Shown piece after piece: positions 32,585-42,333 of a stretch of DNA of 64,000 nucleotides (the first letter of the stretch is position 1; every line of letters starts with the position of its first letter). The notes beneath the pieces were generated by a model. The model saw only the letters and a list, made by a program, of their open reading frames with translations. It did not search any database and had not been told where the DNA came from. The translations under genes and the position numbers were made by a program. The DNA is taken from the NCBI GenBank assembly GCA_035546615.1, contig DASZWM010000006.1, positions 32,001 to 96,000 on the forward strand, in the 5' to 3' direction. This DNA is from Minisyncoccota bacterium. GTDB taxonomy: Bacteria > Patescibacteriota > Minisyncoccia > Phycocordibacterales > SBAW01.

Positions 32585-32784
32585 ATGTGTGGATTAAGCG
32601 GAAATCGCGTCCTGCGTCGTTACGGGCTGCGAGACTCGCTCGCCGTATACATGATACGGCTCGCTGCGTTTCTCGCCCGCGCCTAGCAGGCCATCGATTT
32701 CTGCTTAATCCATTGTATCGAGAAATATGCTCTGGAAAAGGGGATTTCGCATATAAGAACATAAAAACTGAAGGCGGTAGGGTA

Positions 32785-32813
32785 TTGACTTTTATACTAT
32801 TTGGGTGTATAAT
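32785..32813 (+). promoter_or_regulatory. Consensus promoter TTGACT-17-TATAAT (P2), paralogous to P1.
   Basis: TTGACTTTTATACTATTTGGGTGTATAAT. Downstream, the SD AGGAGG lies inside a potential hairpin GGCAGGAG-gga-CTCCTGCC (32828-32846). Confidence 0.55.
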
Positions 32814-32851
32814 TATACATAGTGAAGGCAGGAGGGACTCCTGCCAATATT

Positions 32852-33175
32852 ATGGAGGCAGAGGTGCCGAAAATTAAAACATTGGTTTTGCTGGGGCGTG
32901 TCATGGAGAACAGGGAGGATGCGCCGGCCGGCTATGGGCGCGAATATGCGCTCGCGAGTATCAGCAAGGAGGTCGAAGAGATTACCTATGCCGACTATCA
33001 GAAGATGGTTGCTGAAGCGCAATACTGGTTCTTCGGCCCCCTGGGCTATTCGCTCGTGCACATGAATGCGCACGCCCTGATCAATCAGATCCTCTACGAG
33101 GGTCCGACTGAACCGCCGGCAGTTCGCGATCTGCGGGATGCGGGTTTTGTCGAACTCTTGCGCCGCCGCCGCTAG
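32852..33175 (+). CDS. Hypothetical protein, ~108 aa, lying antisense between nrdA and nrdB.
   Basis: The track ORF is 32822-33175. The internal ATG is taken as start (MEAEVPKIKTLVLL...). A bidirectional terminator follows at 33195-33236. Confidence 0.4.
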   Translation: MEAEVPKIKTLVLLGRVMENREDAPAGYGREYALASISKEVEEITYADYQKMVAEAQYWFFGPLGYSLVHMNAHALINQILYEGPTEPPAVRDLRDAGFVELLRRRR

Positions 33176-33252
33176 CGGTGCTGAACAGCCCCGACGAAGA
33201 AGCCCCAGCTTCTCGCCGGGGCTTCTTTGTTTTTATATTTGAGTCTGTAAGC

Positions 33253-36200
33253 TTATGCCGAGCAGCTTTCGCACACTTCGCCTATCATTTCTACTTTGGG
33301 TCGGTTTGCGGGGACGGTGGGCTGGCCGCCGAAACTGGGGATGCCAGATGAGACGATTGGCGCGGGAGCCGGTGCAGGCTTGAATTCCGCTGCAGGAGCC
33401 GCTGTAGGCGCTTTTGCGAGGGGTTCCGGAGCGTTGCTCAACTCGCGGGCTTCAACCATGACGTTGGAGGCAATACTGAGCGGCGACAGGACGCTCTTCT
33501 GGGCTGCTGAAGCCTCGCTCAGGAGCGGGTCGCGCTCGCGGGTGACGCTTGCGATAACGGTCTCTTCAATAACGACGGTGGAGGCGACCGAGCCGGAATT
33601 GGATGCTACCGAGGTCTCCATGCTGGAGGTGCCGCCGAACTTCTGCATGTTCACCGTGGACTTCTCGATGCGCGACGCCCCCATGGTGCGCAGGTAGTAG
33701 GTGGTCTTGAGGCCCATGTCCCAGGCGTACTGGTAGATGTCGGAAAGGACCTTGCCTGAGACGCCGCCGTAGAAGATGTTGAGGCTCTGCGACTGGTCTA
33801 TCCAGCGGCCGCGGTAGGCGGCGGCCTTGATAAGCCATGCGGGTTCTATCTCGAACACGTCCTTGTACTTGTCGCGGATGGCCGGCGGGATTTCGGCTAT
33901 GGCCTGCACGGAGCCGTCGTGGAATTTGATGCGCTCGAGCATATCGGCGTTCCAGAGGCCGAGCTTCTTGAGGTCTTCCACGAGGAACTCGTTGACCACC
34001 ATGTAGTCGCCCGCCATGTTGCTCTTCACGTAGAGGTTCTTGTAGATGGGCTCTATGGTCGGGTAGCAGCCGGCGATGTTGGCGGTGGTAGCGGTGGGCG
34101 CGTGCGCCATGGTGTTGGAATTGCGCATGCCCCACTGGCGCACCGCTTCGCGCACAAGCCTCCAGTCGAGCGTTTCGTGGCGGGGCACGTCTATCTTGGT
34201 GCCGCGCTCCTGCTCCAGCAGGGCGATAGTGTCCTGAGGGAGGATGCCGCGGCTCCACTTGGAACCCGGATAGCTCTCGTAGGTGCCGCGCTCCTTGGCC
34301 AAAAGGCTCGAAGAGAGTATCGCGTGGTAGGAAATGACCTCCTGCGACTCGTCGGAGAACTTTACCGCCTCGTCGGAGTTGAAGTTGATGTTCATCTTGT
34401 AGAGCGCATCCTGCAGGCCGCGCAGCCCCAAGCCAACAGGGCGATGCTTCATGTTGGAGGCCTTGGTCTTTACGGTGGGGTAGAAGTTCACGTCGATGAC
34501 GTTGTCGAGCATGCGCATCGCCACCGGCACCACGCGCGCGACCAGGTCGCGGTCGAAGCGGCCGTCGCGCACGAACGCCGACATGTTAATGGAGCCGAGG
34601 TTGCAGACAGCGGTTTCTTCAGCGGAAGAGTTAAGCGTTATCTCGGTGCAGAGGTTGGAAGAGTGCACGACGCCGACGTGGTCCTGCGGGGAGCGGACGT
34701 TTGAAGGGTCCTTCCAGGTTATCCACGGATGGCCGGTCTCAAAGAGCATCGTGAGGTGCTTCTTCCAGAGCTCCGAGGCGCGGACCTTCTTGAACATCGG
34801 CATATTGCCCTCCTCGGCCATTTTCTCGTACTCCTTGTAGCGTGCTTCGAACTTGCGGCCGTAGAGGTCGTGGAGGTCGGGGACGTCCGACGGCGAGAAG
34901 AGGGTCCAGTAGCCGTCTTCCTTGAGTCGCTTCATAAAGAGGTCGGGGATCCAGGTTGCGGTATTGAGGTCGTGGGCGCGGCGGCGCTCGTCGCCGGTAT
35001 TCTTCTTGAGTTCCATGAAGTCCTCAATGTCGGCGTGCCAGTACTCCAGGTACACTGCCGCGGCGCCGCGTCGGCGGCCGGAGCGGTTGATGGAAATCGT
35101 GACGTCGTTGGCTATCTTCAGGAACGGAATAACGCCCTGGGATTCCACGCCTGTGGATTTGATAAGACTTCCGGTGGCGCGGACCGGGGTCCAGTCGGTG
35201 CCGGTGCCGCCCGCGTACTTAAGGAGCTGGGCGTTGTCCTTGTACTCGTTGAATATCTGGTGGAGGTCGTCGGGCACGGTCGAAAGGAAGCAGGAGGAAA
35301 GCTGCGGGTGCACGAGGCCGCCGTGGTAGAGCGTGGGGGAGGACGGCATATAATACATGGCCGACATGATTTCGTAGAACTCAAGCGCCTGAGCATTGCG
35401 CTCCTCCTGCGTCTTTTCCGCAAGCGCGCAGCCCATCGCGACGCGCATCCAGAATATCTGCGGGGTCTCGAGAAGCTTCCTGGTGCTGTGGACCTTGGAA
35501 AGATAGTTGGCCTGGAGCGTCTGGAGGCCGAGGTACTTGAAGTCGCGGTCGCGCTCGGGCTGAAGCGCCTCCGCCAGGCGCGGCAGGTCGAACTTGAGGA
35601 GCTCAGGGTCGAACTGGCCGACGGCGACGCCCTCCTTAATTGCGCTTATGAAGCCGTCGCGGTACGCCTCTTCGAGCCGGGCGTAGTCGAATTCGCCGAG
35701 CGCCTGCGTATATATAGACTGGAGCAGGAGGCGGGCCGCCACGAAGGAATATGCGGGGTCGCGCTCAATGAACGAGCGGGTGACCATAATGAGCACCTCA
35801 TGGATATCCTTGGTCTGTATGTTCTCGTGCATCTCCTGGCGCACGCGGGCGATGATGGCGGGCACGTCTATGATGCGGTCAAAGCCGCTGGCCGCGCGCA
35901 GAAGGGTGCGGGTGAGCTTGCTTTCGCTGAACGGCTCCGTCTTGCCGTCGCGCTTGGTGACCAGAAGCGCGTTTTCGGTGATTTTTTCGGCGATTTCCTC
36001 GCGCTCTTCCTGACGGATCTTTTCGTGCTCGTAGCGGTAAATGATGTAGGCCTTCGCGACTGCAAAGTAGCCGCGGGTGGCGATGGCGTTCTCAACCAGG
36101 TCCTGGATTTCCTCCACGGTGGGGAGGAGCAGAGTGCCCGCGAACTTCGCGTCCACCGCGTCGGCGACCGCGCGGCTGATGTCCGCCGCGTCCGCATCGT

Positions 36201-36312
36201 GCGCGTCTCCGACCACTGCGGCGAACGCCTTCTTGACCGCTATAGTAATTTTTTCGGGCTGGAAGTCGACGATCTCGCCGTTCCGCTTCTTTATTTTCTG
36301 GGTAATCGCCAT
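33253..36312 (-). CDS. nrdA: Class I ribonucleotide reductase large (alpha/R1) subunit with two N-terminal ATP-cones and a C-terminal low-complexity tail ending in CxxC.
   Basis: Two ATP cones (KRNGEIVDFQPEKI, VTKRDGKTEPFSESKL). Active-site region NLCTEITL, PGSLLKSTGVE-like loops. C-terminal ...GEVCESCSA. Confidence 0.9.
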   Translation of the reverse strand: MAITQKIKKRNGEIVDFQPEKITIAVKKAFAAVVGDAHDADAADISRAVADAVDAKFAGTLLLPTVEEIQDLVENAIATRGYFAVAKAYIIYRYEHEKIRQEEREEIAEKITENALLVTKRDGKTEPFSESKLTRTLLRAASGFDRIIDVPAIIARVRQEMHENIQTKDIHEVLIMVTRSFIERDPAYSFVAARLLLQSIYTQALGEFDYARLEEAYRDGFISAIKEGVAVGQFDPELLKFDLPRLAEALQPERDRDFKYLGLQTLQANYLSKVHSTRKLLETPQIFWMRVAMGCALAEKTQEERNAQALEFYEIMSAMYYMPSSPTLYHGGLVHPQLSSCFLSTVPDDLHQIFNEYKDNAQLLKYAGGTGTDWTPVRATGSLIKSTGVESQGVIPFLKIANDVTISINRSGRRRGAAAVYLEYWHADIEDFMELKKNTGDERRRAHDLNTATWIPDLFMKRLKEDGYWTLFSPSDVPDLHDLYGRKFEARYKEYEKMAEEGNMPMFKKVRASELWKKHLTMLFETGHPWITWKDPSNVRSPQDHVGVVHSSNLCTEITLNSSAEETAVCNLGSINMSAFVRDGRFDRDLVARVVPVAMRMLDNVIDVNFYPTVKTKASNMKHRPVGLGLRGLQDALYKMNINFNSDEAVKFSDESQEVISYHAILSSSLLAKERGTYESYPGSKWSRGILPQDTIALLEQERGTKIDVPRHETLDWRLVREAVRQWGMRNSNTMAHAPTATTANIAGCYPTIEPIYKNLYVKSNMAGDYMVVNEFLVEDLKKLGLWNADMLERIKFHDGSVQAIAEIPPAIRDKYKDVFEIEPAWLIKAAAYRGRWIDQSQSLNIFYGGVSGKVLSDIYQYAWDMGLKTTYYLRTMGASRIEKSTVNMQKFGGTSSMETSVASNSGSVASTVVIEETVIASVTRERDPLLSEASAAQKSVLSPLSIASNVMVEARELSNAPEPLAKAPTAAPAAEFKPAPAPAPIVSSGIPSFGGQPTVPANRPKVEMIGEVCESCSA

Positions 36313-36538
36313 AGTGAGATTTTCTCATTATACCCCCGCGATGCCCGCCGCCCGTATGAAGCGGCGGCCACTTGTGTGTGCACAAGTCAGTCGAAAACTT
36401 TTCTGCAAAAAAGCAACGCCTTCTTTGTGAAAAATGCGGGCTTTCTTCATGTATCAAAGCTTTTTTTGCGCAAATACGCGAAAAGCGGGCCTTTTTGACC
36501 CGCTTTTCGCCTGCCTGGAAGCCTTTTTATCCCACCCG

Positions 36539-37084
36539 CTAAAATGCCACCGGGATAGTCAGCGCCGCGTCGTTCTCCGGCAGGCCGGAGGGGTTGTCTT
36601 TTTTCAAAATGAGTGTTCCTTGCGAGCCTGCGGCCTGGGCGGGGAAGGCAATGGAAACGCTGAAGGGCACGAATTCGGTCGTCATCCACTCGCCTTGCGC
36701 CTGCACGGGGCCCTGCGCCAGCACGGTGCCGTCAGCAGCCCTTAATTCGTAGGGAAAGCTCGCCTCAAAGTACCAAGTTCCACGCGCTTCGCCGGAAACG
36801 GTAAGCGGGGCTTTTGCCGTAGCGCCCGGCTTGGGGGAAGTAACGCGAATAGTGTCCTGCATCGCGATGGCGTTGCCGATGTCTTCGGTAAAGCCCTTGC
36901 CGGAGGGCGTATTGCACTGGCGCGGGTAGCTTTCAAGCACCGGATATCCGGCCGCGACGCATTCTGCAAAGGTAGTCGGCTCAACGGTAGGAGCCTTGGT
37001 GGGGGAGGGCAGCACCAAGATAACCACAAGAGCCGCGACCGCCAAAATAAAAACCCCGATTCCCAAAATCATCCGTTTATCCAT
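36539..37084 (-). CDS. Secreted/membrane-anchored protein with a Gmad2-like Ig-like domain.
   Basis: N-terminal TM/signal anchor. The stretch VTSPKPGATAKAPLTVSGEARGTWYFEASFPYELRAADGTVLAQGPVQAQGEWMTTEFVPFSV resembles Gmad2 (PF10648). Confidence 0.5.
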   Translation of the reverse strand: MDKRMILGIGVFILAVAALVVILVLPSPTKAPTVEPTTFAECVAAGYPVLESYPRQCNTPSGKGFTEDIGNAIAMQDTIRVTSPKPGATAKAPLTVSGEARGTWYFEASFPYELRAADGTVLAQGPVQAQGEWMTTEFVPFSVSIAFPAQAAGSQGTLILKKDNPSGLPENDAALTIPVAF

Positions 37085-37123
37085 AGGCCTATTCTACTCC
37101 CATAAAAAGCAGGCTCAACCCAC

Positions 37124-37148
37124 ATTCTGGACTTCGTAAGTCCAGAAT
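37124..37148. repeat. REP-like hairpin copy 1, overlapping the RAYT stop codon.
   Basis: ATTCTGGACTT-CGT-AAGTCCAGAAT: 11-bp perfect arms and a 3-nt loop. Confidence 0.75.
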
Positions 37149-37942
37149 TATTCCAGGGTCAGCTTTGTAAGCCCCGACAGATCGATATTGTGAAGAAATT
37201 CCCCAGTCTCCTTCTTGAGATCCTCATGCGAAGCCTGAAAAAAGTCCTTAGTAAGTATCGCGGGAAAGTTTTCTGCGCCCGTATAGTCCAAATAACTGCT
37301 CCACTTGTAATTTTCCAGGTGCGAAAGGGCGGCTTTGGCGTTTTCGATGCGCCGGCCGCGCCAATTGCGCGCGCCCGCGCTGTAATCAAGCGGATTAAGG
37401 TGGACGTAATGCAATATGTGCAGTTCGTGCCCGAGCTTCTCAACCCGGACCTTTTTAGTTCTCCCCTGGAAAAGCGTTCCCGAACGCTCGTGCCGCTCGT
37501 TGAAGTATTTCGCGTATCCGATGTTCAGTTTCCTCAAAAATCGCGTAATGCCTCCCTCAACCCGCTCCGAGAGGAGAAGGTGATAGTGGTTTTTCATTAG
37601 GCACCAGCCGTGGATATCCACGAGCCGCTCTTTCTTCGTTAATCCCAATTCTGGACTTCGTAAGTCCAGAATATCGCGCTTGAAAGTATAGTAGGTGCTT
37701 CCCGCCGCGCCGGCGTCGTTGAACTCAAAAAGGTCATACACAAAGCGCATATAATCGCGCTGGTCCGTAAAAAGCACCCGCTTATCGACGCCCCGGTTAA
37801 GCACGTGGAATAATTCCATGCGGGCGACTCTATCATTCTGGACTTCGTAAGTCCAGACAGTGCTAGACATTCGTTTTCTTTCTTGTATAACGTTCTCTAT
37901 GCTGCTCGCGGATAAAGGACAGAGTGATCCTGCAGGCCTCAT
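37148..37942 (-). CDS. REP-associated tyrosine transposase (RAYT) / IS200-like Y1 HuH transposase.
   Basis: N-terminal LFHVLNRGVDKRVLFTDQRDYMRFV, HuH motif CLMKNHYHLLL, and a YVHLNPL catalytic-Tyr helix typical of TnpA_REP. The probable true start is MELFHV at 37819. The longer ORF would translate a REP copy as ...VWTYEVQN.... Confidence 0.7.
   Translation of the reverse strand: MRPAGSLCPLSASSIENVIQERKRMSSTVWTYEVQNDRVARMELFHVLNRGVDKRVLFTDQRDYMRFVYDLFEFNDAGAAGSTYYTFKRDILDLRSPELGLTKKERLVDIHGWCLMKNHYHLLLSERVEGGITRFLRKLNIGYAKYFNERHERSGTLFQGRTKKVRVEKLGHELHILHYVHLNPLDYSAGARNWRGRRIENAKAALSHLENYKWSSYLDYTGAENFPAILTKDFFQASHEDLKKETGEFLHNIDLSGLTKLTLE
37648..37672. repeat. REP-like hairpin copy 2, inside the RAYT coding region (encodes ILDLRSPE).
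   Basis: Identical 25-mer ATTCTGGACTTCGTAAGTCCAGAAT. Confidence 0.75.
37835..37859. repeat. REP-like hairpin copy 3, just 5' of the probable RAYT start.
   Basis: ATTCTGGACTTCGTAAGTCCAGAcA: 23/25 identical to copies 1 and 2. Confidence 0.7.
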
Positions 37943-38127
37943 CGCTCCTTCATGCGACTAATGGCAGTTTAAGAATAGGCCAAGTTCATGAAGCAGGACA
38001 CGAAGCTGCTTTTTGGCAAGCTTGTGGTCGTGTGGATATGGAGTAGGGTATATATAAGAGGTGCATAGTGCACACCTAGGCTGTTCGTTTTATTAACGTG
38101 CGTAAGACGTTTCCTTATAAATTACAT

Positions 38128-41100
38128 ATGAAATCCTGGTACTCCCTTACGGGAATAGTGCTCGCTCTTGTCGTTGTTGCAGGCGCGATGACTTTTTCTA
38201 TTAGCAACGCGCTCGCGATAACCCCCTCGACGGCCGTATACGATTCGACTACGGACCCGCTCCCAGGCAATGTCGCCAGCCTCGGTTTTGAGGCTGTAAG
38301 CACATCGGCCTTCGGCGATTACGTGCATCTTGAGCCCGGCACCGGCCGCGACCTCAAGACCGTGACTGTAACGATGAGCGATTGGGCGCTTGAATCCCAG
38401 AACACTTCTTTCTGCACCAGCTATCCCGCGAAGTGCGTTGACGGCGGCTACATACACCCGCTCACCATCAATATTTACGCCACAAGCTCCGACTCGGACT
38501 TGCCTGGCCCGCTGCTTGCAACAAAAACCCAGGATACTTTTATCCCTTGGCGCCCTGAAGCCGACGAAGAGTGCGGCACTGGTTGGAAAGATGAAGAGGA
38601 TAACTCCTGCTATAACGGCTTTGCCTTTAACGCCGTTTTTGACCTCAGCAGCCTGAATGTAACGCTCCCTGACGATGTTATTGTCAGCATCGCGTACAAC
38701 ACCGCTGATTATGGCGCAGCGCCAATCCATGAGAGCGGACCGTACAACTCGCTTAACGTCGCTATTCCTGATAACCAGCCGGTTGCGGTAGGCAGCGATG
38801 ACAGCGACAACAAGGTATTTTGGGACGCAACCTACCTTGGCCGCACCCCAGGCCTCCGCCAGGATACGGACTGGAGCCCGAACGGCACGGTAGCGATGCG
38901 CATTGATGCGACCGCTCCGGACGTCACCGTTACCATAGACAAGTACATCAACGGAGTGAAAGCGACTACTGTGAACACCAATAGCGCCTCCTTCCCGATG
39001 AAGTCCACCTGGGATGCCGACAATATCGGCGCAGGCACGGGCACCTATACCCTTGATGCGGGCAATTCGTACGAGGCGGTTACTTCCGAGATGACCTCGG
39101 GCGCCGACTACAAGACGCATGAGACCTCGCCTGAGGAATGCACCGCCGACTATCCGTACAAGCTGAAGGGCTACAGCGTTGGAGACTCCCTCGGACAGGC
39201 CGAAACTGCCGATATAGAGAGCGACGAGCCTGAATTCGAGAACATCACGACGAACAAGTACGTCATCGTGTGGAACGTTACCTGCCCTCCAGCGCCGACG
39301 CTCCTGACTCCCGCCAACGACAGCACCCTCACTACGGCTACGGCATTGAGCGCGGATTGGACGGACGTGACGGATTGGGCGGGACCAATAACGTACCTCT
39401 ACGAATCTTCAAATTCCGCCTCTACCAACTCTGACGGCTCGTTCACCTCGCCGGTCTATACCTCCGGACCGCTTGCCACGTCGGAAATCCCCACGACCGG
39501 CACGCCGGAAGGCACCTACTACTGGCACGCAAAGGCGGTGGATAATGCGGGCAACTCAGGCCCCTGGGCTAACGCATTCAAAGTAACCATAGATAACAAT
39601 CCGGATACGACTCCTCCGGCAGTAACCGTTACGCCGGTTCCGGGAAGCACGCTGAGCGGTACTGTTACTTTCACTATTACGGTGACCGACAACAAGCCTC
39701 TTGACCTAAGCAAGCTCACCAACATCTGGTCATACTTGTACAATTCTGAGCCGCCGCAGGCCTCGCAAGGCGCAGGCGTTGCCTTCTCGGCTACGGGCGA
39801 CCCGAAGGTAGTGCAGGGTACTCTCACCGTAGACACGACCTTGCTTGCCAACGGCACTGCATGGCTCGATGTGGGCCAGCTTGAGGATGCAGCAGGCAAC
39901 AAGTCAGGCGCCACAACCGACAACTACTTCCACGATTACACTATCCAAAACGACGAGGCGCCGATATGCAGCGAGCCGAATGACGTAGAGGCGTCGGTCA
40001 GTAGCGACACTACCACTACGGTAGATGAAGGCGCGAATTCAGTCATCATCACCTCCATCCCGGGCGTACTCCCTGGTGCATGGTCTGCAAATATACCGGG
40101 AGCATCCTGGATCTGGAGCGACATGCCGACCGAGGAGAACAACTACTCCAATACCGTTGGACCGAAGGTGTTCACGAAGACCTTCGAGATCGACGGCATT
40201 CCGCAGGACTCTACGCTTGATATCGCGGCAGACAATACCTACACCGTCATGGTGAACGGCAATGTCATCGATACCGGCACATCCGGCACCGATACCGACA
40301 ACTTCAGCTCGGCAGACTCATGGACCATTCCGGCGGCTGACCTGGTAACGGGAGAGAATACCCTTACCATTACGGTAACCAATACCGAGGCCCCGGAAGG
40401 CTATACGGGCCCGAACCCTGGCGGCCTGCTTTACAGCCTCACGGTTCGCAGCCAGAACTGCACAACGCCTGAGCCGACAGCGCTAAAGGTCCATATCTTC
40501 AAATATCTCTCGGCGGACGAGGATATACAGCAGATACCCAACAACGCTGAGGATGTACCGATTTTCCCGATGAAGGCGAATTACGACATCGCGGGCGTTG
40601 GCAGCAACTTAGGCGAAGGCGACCCCTATAATCTTGGCGACGGCGGCGGGGTAGGCGGCAGCGACGGCGGCCTCAAATGGGCTGCAAATACTATTGCGCT
40701 TAGCCCGGGCGACTACTATGCCACGCACGAGGTCACTGACACGGAAAGCAGCCCTGTAGTGTCTGAGTGTGTACCGGGCAAATATAAGCTTCTTGGTTAC
40801 CAAGTAGGAGACTCTCTTGAAGATGCTCAGAATGCTGAAATCTCTACCACACCACCGTCATTCCCTAACATTCAGGAAGACAAGTACGTAATCGTAGTCA
40901 ACGAGGCCTGCGACGCGCCGACCCCGGAAGAGCCGGAGACTGGCTCGCTCACGATCGTTAAGCACACCATAGGCGGCGACGATACGTTTAACTTCAGCAT
41001 TACCCAGGGAGAACATGCAACTTCCACAAGCGTTGTTACCGATAACTTTAGCGGACAGACCGATCCGATAACGCTTCCTGCTGGTAACTACAACGTCACT

Positions 41101-42096
41101 GAAAACGTTCCGGAAGGCTGGACACTGAACGAATCAGAGGGACCGCGCTGCACCTACGATGGTGAAAGCGAGGGTAGCGCTATAGAGAACGGCGAGAATA
41201 TCACAATCGATAACGGAGACGGCGTAACCTGCATCTTCACTAATACTAAGGATGTTGAGGAAGGTTCCGATAATACCGCTCACGATCTTGCTCTTACCAA
41301 AACGCTGGACGACAACACTCCTGACGAGGGCCAAACGATCACCTATACTCTTACCGCAATAAATGAAGATGAATCCGGTCCCGCAACGAACGTATCGGTC
41401 ACCGATGTCCTCCCAGCTGGCCTGACCTTCGTCTCCTACAGCGCCAGCCAGGGCAGCTATGCCTCGGGAACTGGCATCTGGAACATCGGAACGCTCGGCT
41501 CGATAGGGAGTGCCACGCTTGCAATAACCGCGACGGTTAATGCGGATACCGCAAGCACCACGATTACGAACACAGCAAGCGTGAGCGCCGAAGATAATAC
41601 CGACTACAATGCGGGAAATAACTTCGATAGCGTATCGCTTATCGTAAATCGGCCCGCTGAAGAAGAGACGACCAGCGACGAACCAGAATCCTTCACTCTT
41701 CAGAGCAACGGCAATCGTCGAAACGGCTCGGGTGGAGGTAACAACAACTCCGGCGGGCTCGTCCTCGGCGCCTCGACCGACGCTCCTGCAGATGCGCAGG
41801 TATGCTCGACGCCGCTCCTGACCACGTATATGCGAATGGGTATGGCCAATAGCCCGGCCGAAGTCATGAAGCTTCAGACTTTCCTCAATGGGGAGATGAA
41901 CTCAGGGCTTCCGGTAACCGGCTTCTTCGGCACAATGACCGAGGATGCAGTTAAGGCTTTCCAGCTCAAGTACACGAGCGACATCCTTGCTCCCTGGGGC
42001 ATTACCCAGCCGACAGGATACGTCTTCAAGCGCACCCAGTGGAAGATAAACATGATCTACTGCTCGGCGCTTGATATCCCCGCACCGCAGGTATAA
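38128..42096 (+). CDS. Giant secreted repeat-containing surface protein (~1320 aa): signal peptide, Ig-like and DUF11/CARDB-like repeat domains, internal ~50-aa repeats, C-terminal peptidoglycan-binding-like domain.
   Basis: Signal/TM MKSWYSLTGIVLALVVVAGA. Thr/Asp/Ser-rich. Repeated module KL.GY.VGDSL..A..A.I......F.NI...KYVIV.N..C..P appears twice. DUF11-like LTKTLDDNTPDEGQTITYTLTAINE...VTDVLPAGLTFVS. C-terminal PG_binding_1-like GFFGTMTEDAVKAFQLKY. The track start is 38098. Confidence 0.7.
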   Translation: MKSWYSLTGIVLALVVVAGAMTFSISNALAITPSTAVYDSTTDPLPGNVASLGFEAVSTSAFGDYVHLEPGTGRDLKTVTVTMSDWALESQNTSFCTSYPAKCVDGGYIHPLTINIYATSSDSDLPGPLLATKTQDTFIPWRPEADEECGTGWKDEEDNSCYNGFAFNAVFDLSSLNVTLPDDVIVSIAYNTADYGAAPIHESGPYNSLNVAIPDNQPVAVGSDDSDNKVFWDATYLGRTPGLRQDTDWSPNGTVAMRIDATAPDVTVTIDKYINGVKATTVNTNSASFPMKSTWDADNIGAGTGTYTLDAGNSYEAVTSEMTSGADYKTHETSPEECTADYPYKLKGYSVGDSLGQAETADIESDEPEFENITTNKYVIVWNVTCPPAPTLLTPANDSTLTTATALSADWTDVTDWAGPITYLYESSNSASTNSDGSFTSPVYTSGPLATSEIPTTGTPEGTYYWHAKAVDNAGNSGPWANAFKVTIDNNPDTTPPAVTVTPVPGSTLSGTVTFTITVTDNKPLDLSKLTNIWSYLYNSEPPQASQGAGVAFSATGDPKVVQGTLTVDTTLLANGTAWLDVGQLEDAAGNKSGATTDNYFHDYTIQNDEAPICSEPNDVEASVSSDTTTTVDEGANSVIITSIPGVLPGAWSANIPGASWIWSDMPTEENNYSNTVGPKVFTKTFEIDGIPQDSTLDIAADNTYTVMVNGNVIDTGTSGTDTDNFSSADSWTIPAADLVTGENTLTITVTNTEAPEGYTGPNPGGLLYSLTVRSQNCTTPEPTALKVHIFKYLSADEDIQQIPNNAEDVPIFPMKANYDIAGVGSNLGEGDPYNLGDGGGVGGSDGGLKWAANTIALSPGDYYATHEVTDTESSPVVSECVPGKYKLLGYQVGDSLEDAQNAEISTTPPSFPNIQEDKYVIVVNEACDAPTPEEPETGSLTIVKHTIGGDDTFNFSITQGEHATSTSVVTDNFSGQTDPITLPAGNYNVTENVPEGWTLNESEGPRCTYDGESEGSAIENGENITIDNGDGVTCIFTNTKDVEEGSDNTAHDLALTKTLDDNTPDEGQTITYTLTAINEDESGPATNVSVTDVLPAGLTFVSYSASQGSYASGTGIWNIGTLGSIGSATLAITATVNADTASTTITNTASVSAEDNTDYNAGNNFDSVSLIVNRPAEEETTSDEPESFTLQSNGNRRNGSGGGNNNSGGLVLGASTDAPADAQVCSTPLLTTYMRMGMANSPAEVMKLQTFLNGEMNSGLPVTGFFGTMTEDAVKAFQLKYTSDILAPWGITQPTGYVFKRTQWKINMIYCSALDIPAPQV

Positions 42097-42124
42097 CAGG
42101 TCTTGGTATCTGATCGAATAAGCT

Positions 42125-42152
42125 AAAAAGCCCCCGATTGGGGGCTTTTTAG
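42125..42152 (+). terminator. Rho-independent terminator.
   Basis: AAAAAGCCCCCGATTGGGGGCTTTTT. Confidence 0.6.
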
Positions 42153-42333
42153 CGTTCGGATAAAGGATACGCATAACGGACACCAGAAGCCACAGCGATG
42201 AAAGGAGTGTCAATATTGACCCCCTTGTGCAGCCGGTGTAGCACTATAGGAGCAGCACATCGGAGGCTCTTTCGTTTGGCTTACGCAGCAAGTTTGTTCA
42301 GGGTTTTTACACATTATCTTTAGCATTACGCAT

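Noticed and set aside
32581-32593. Possible NrdR box (CCACACATATGGG) at the nrdB start.
   Set aside because: Only the CATATG core is palindromic. It overlaps the ATG start codon and does not match the 16-bp NrdR consensus on both half-sites.
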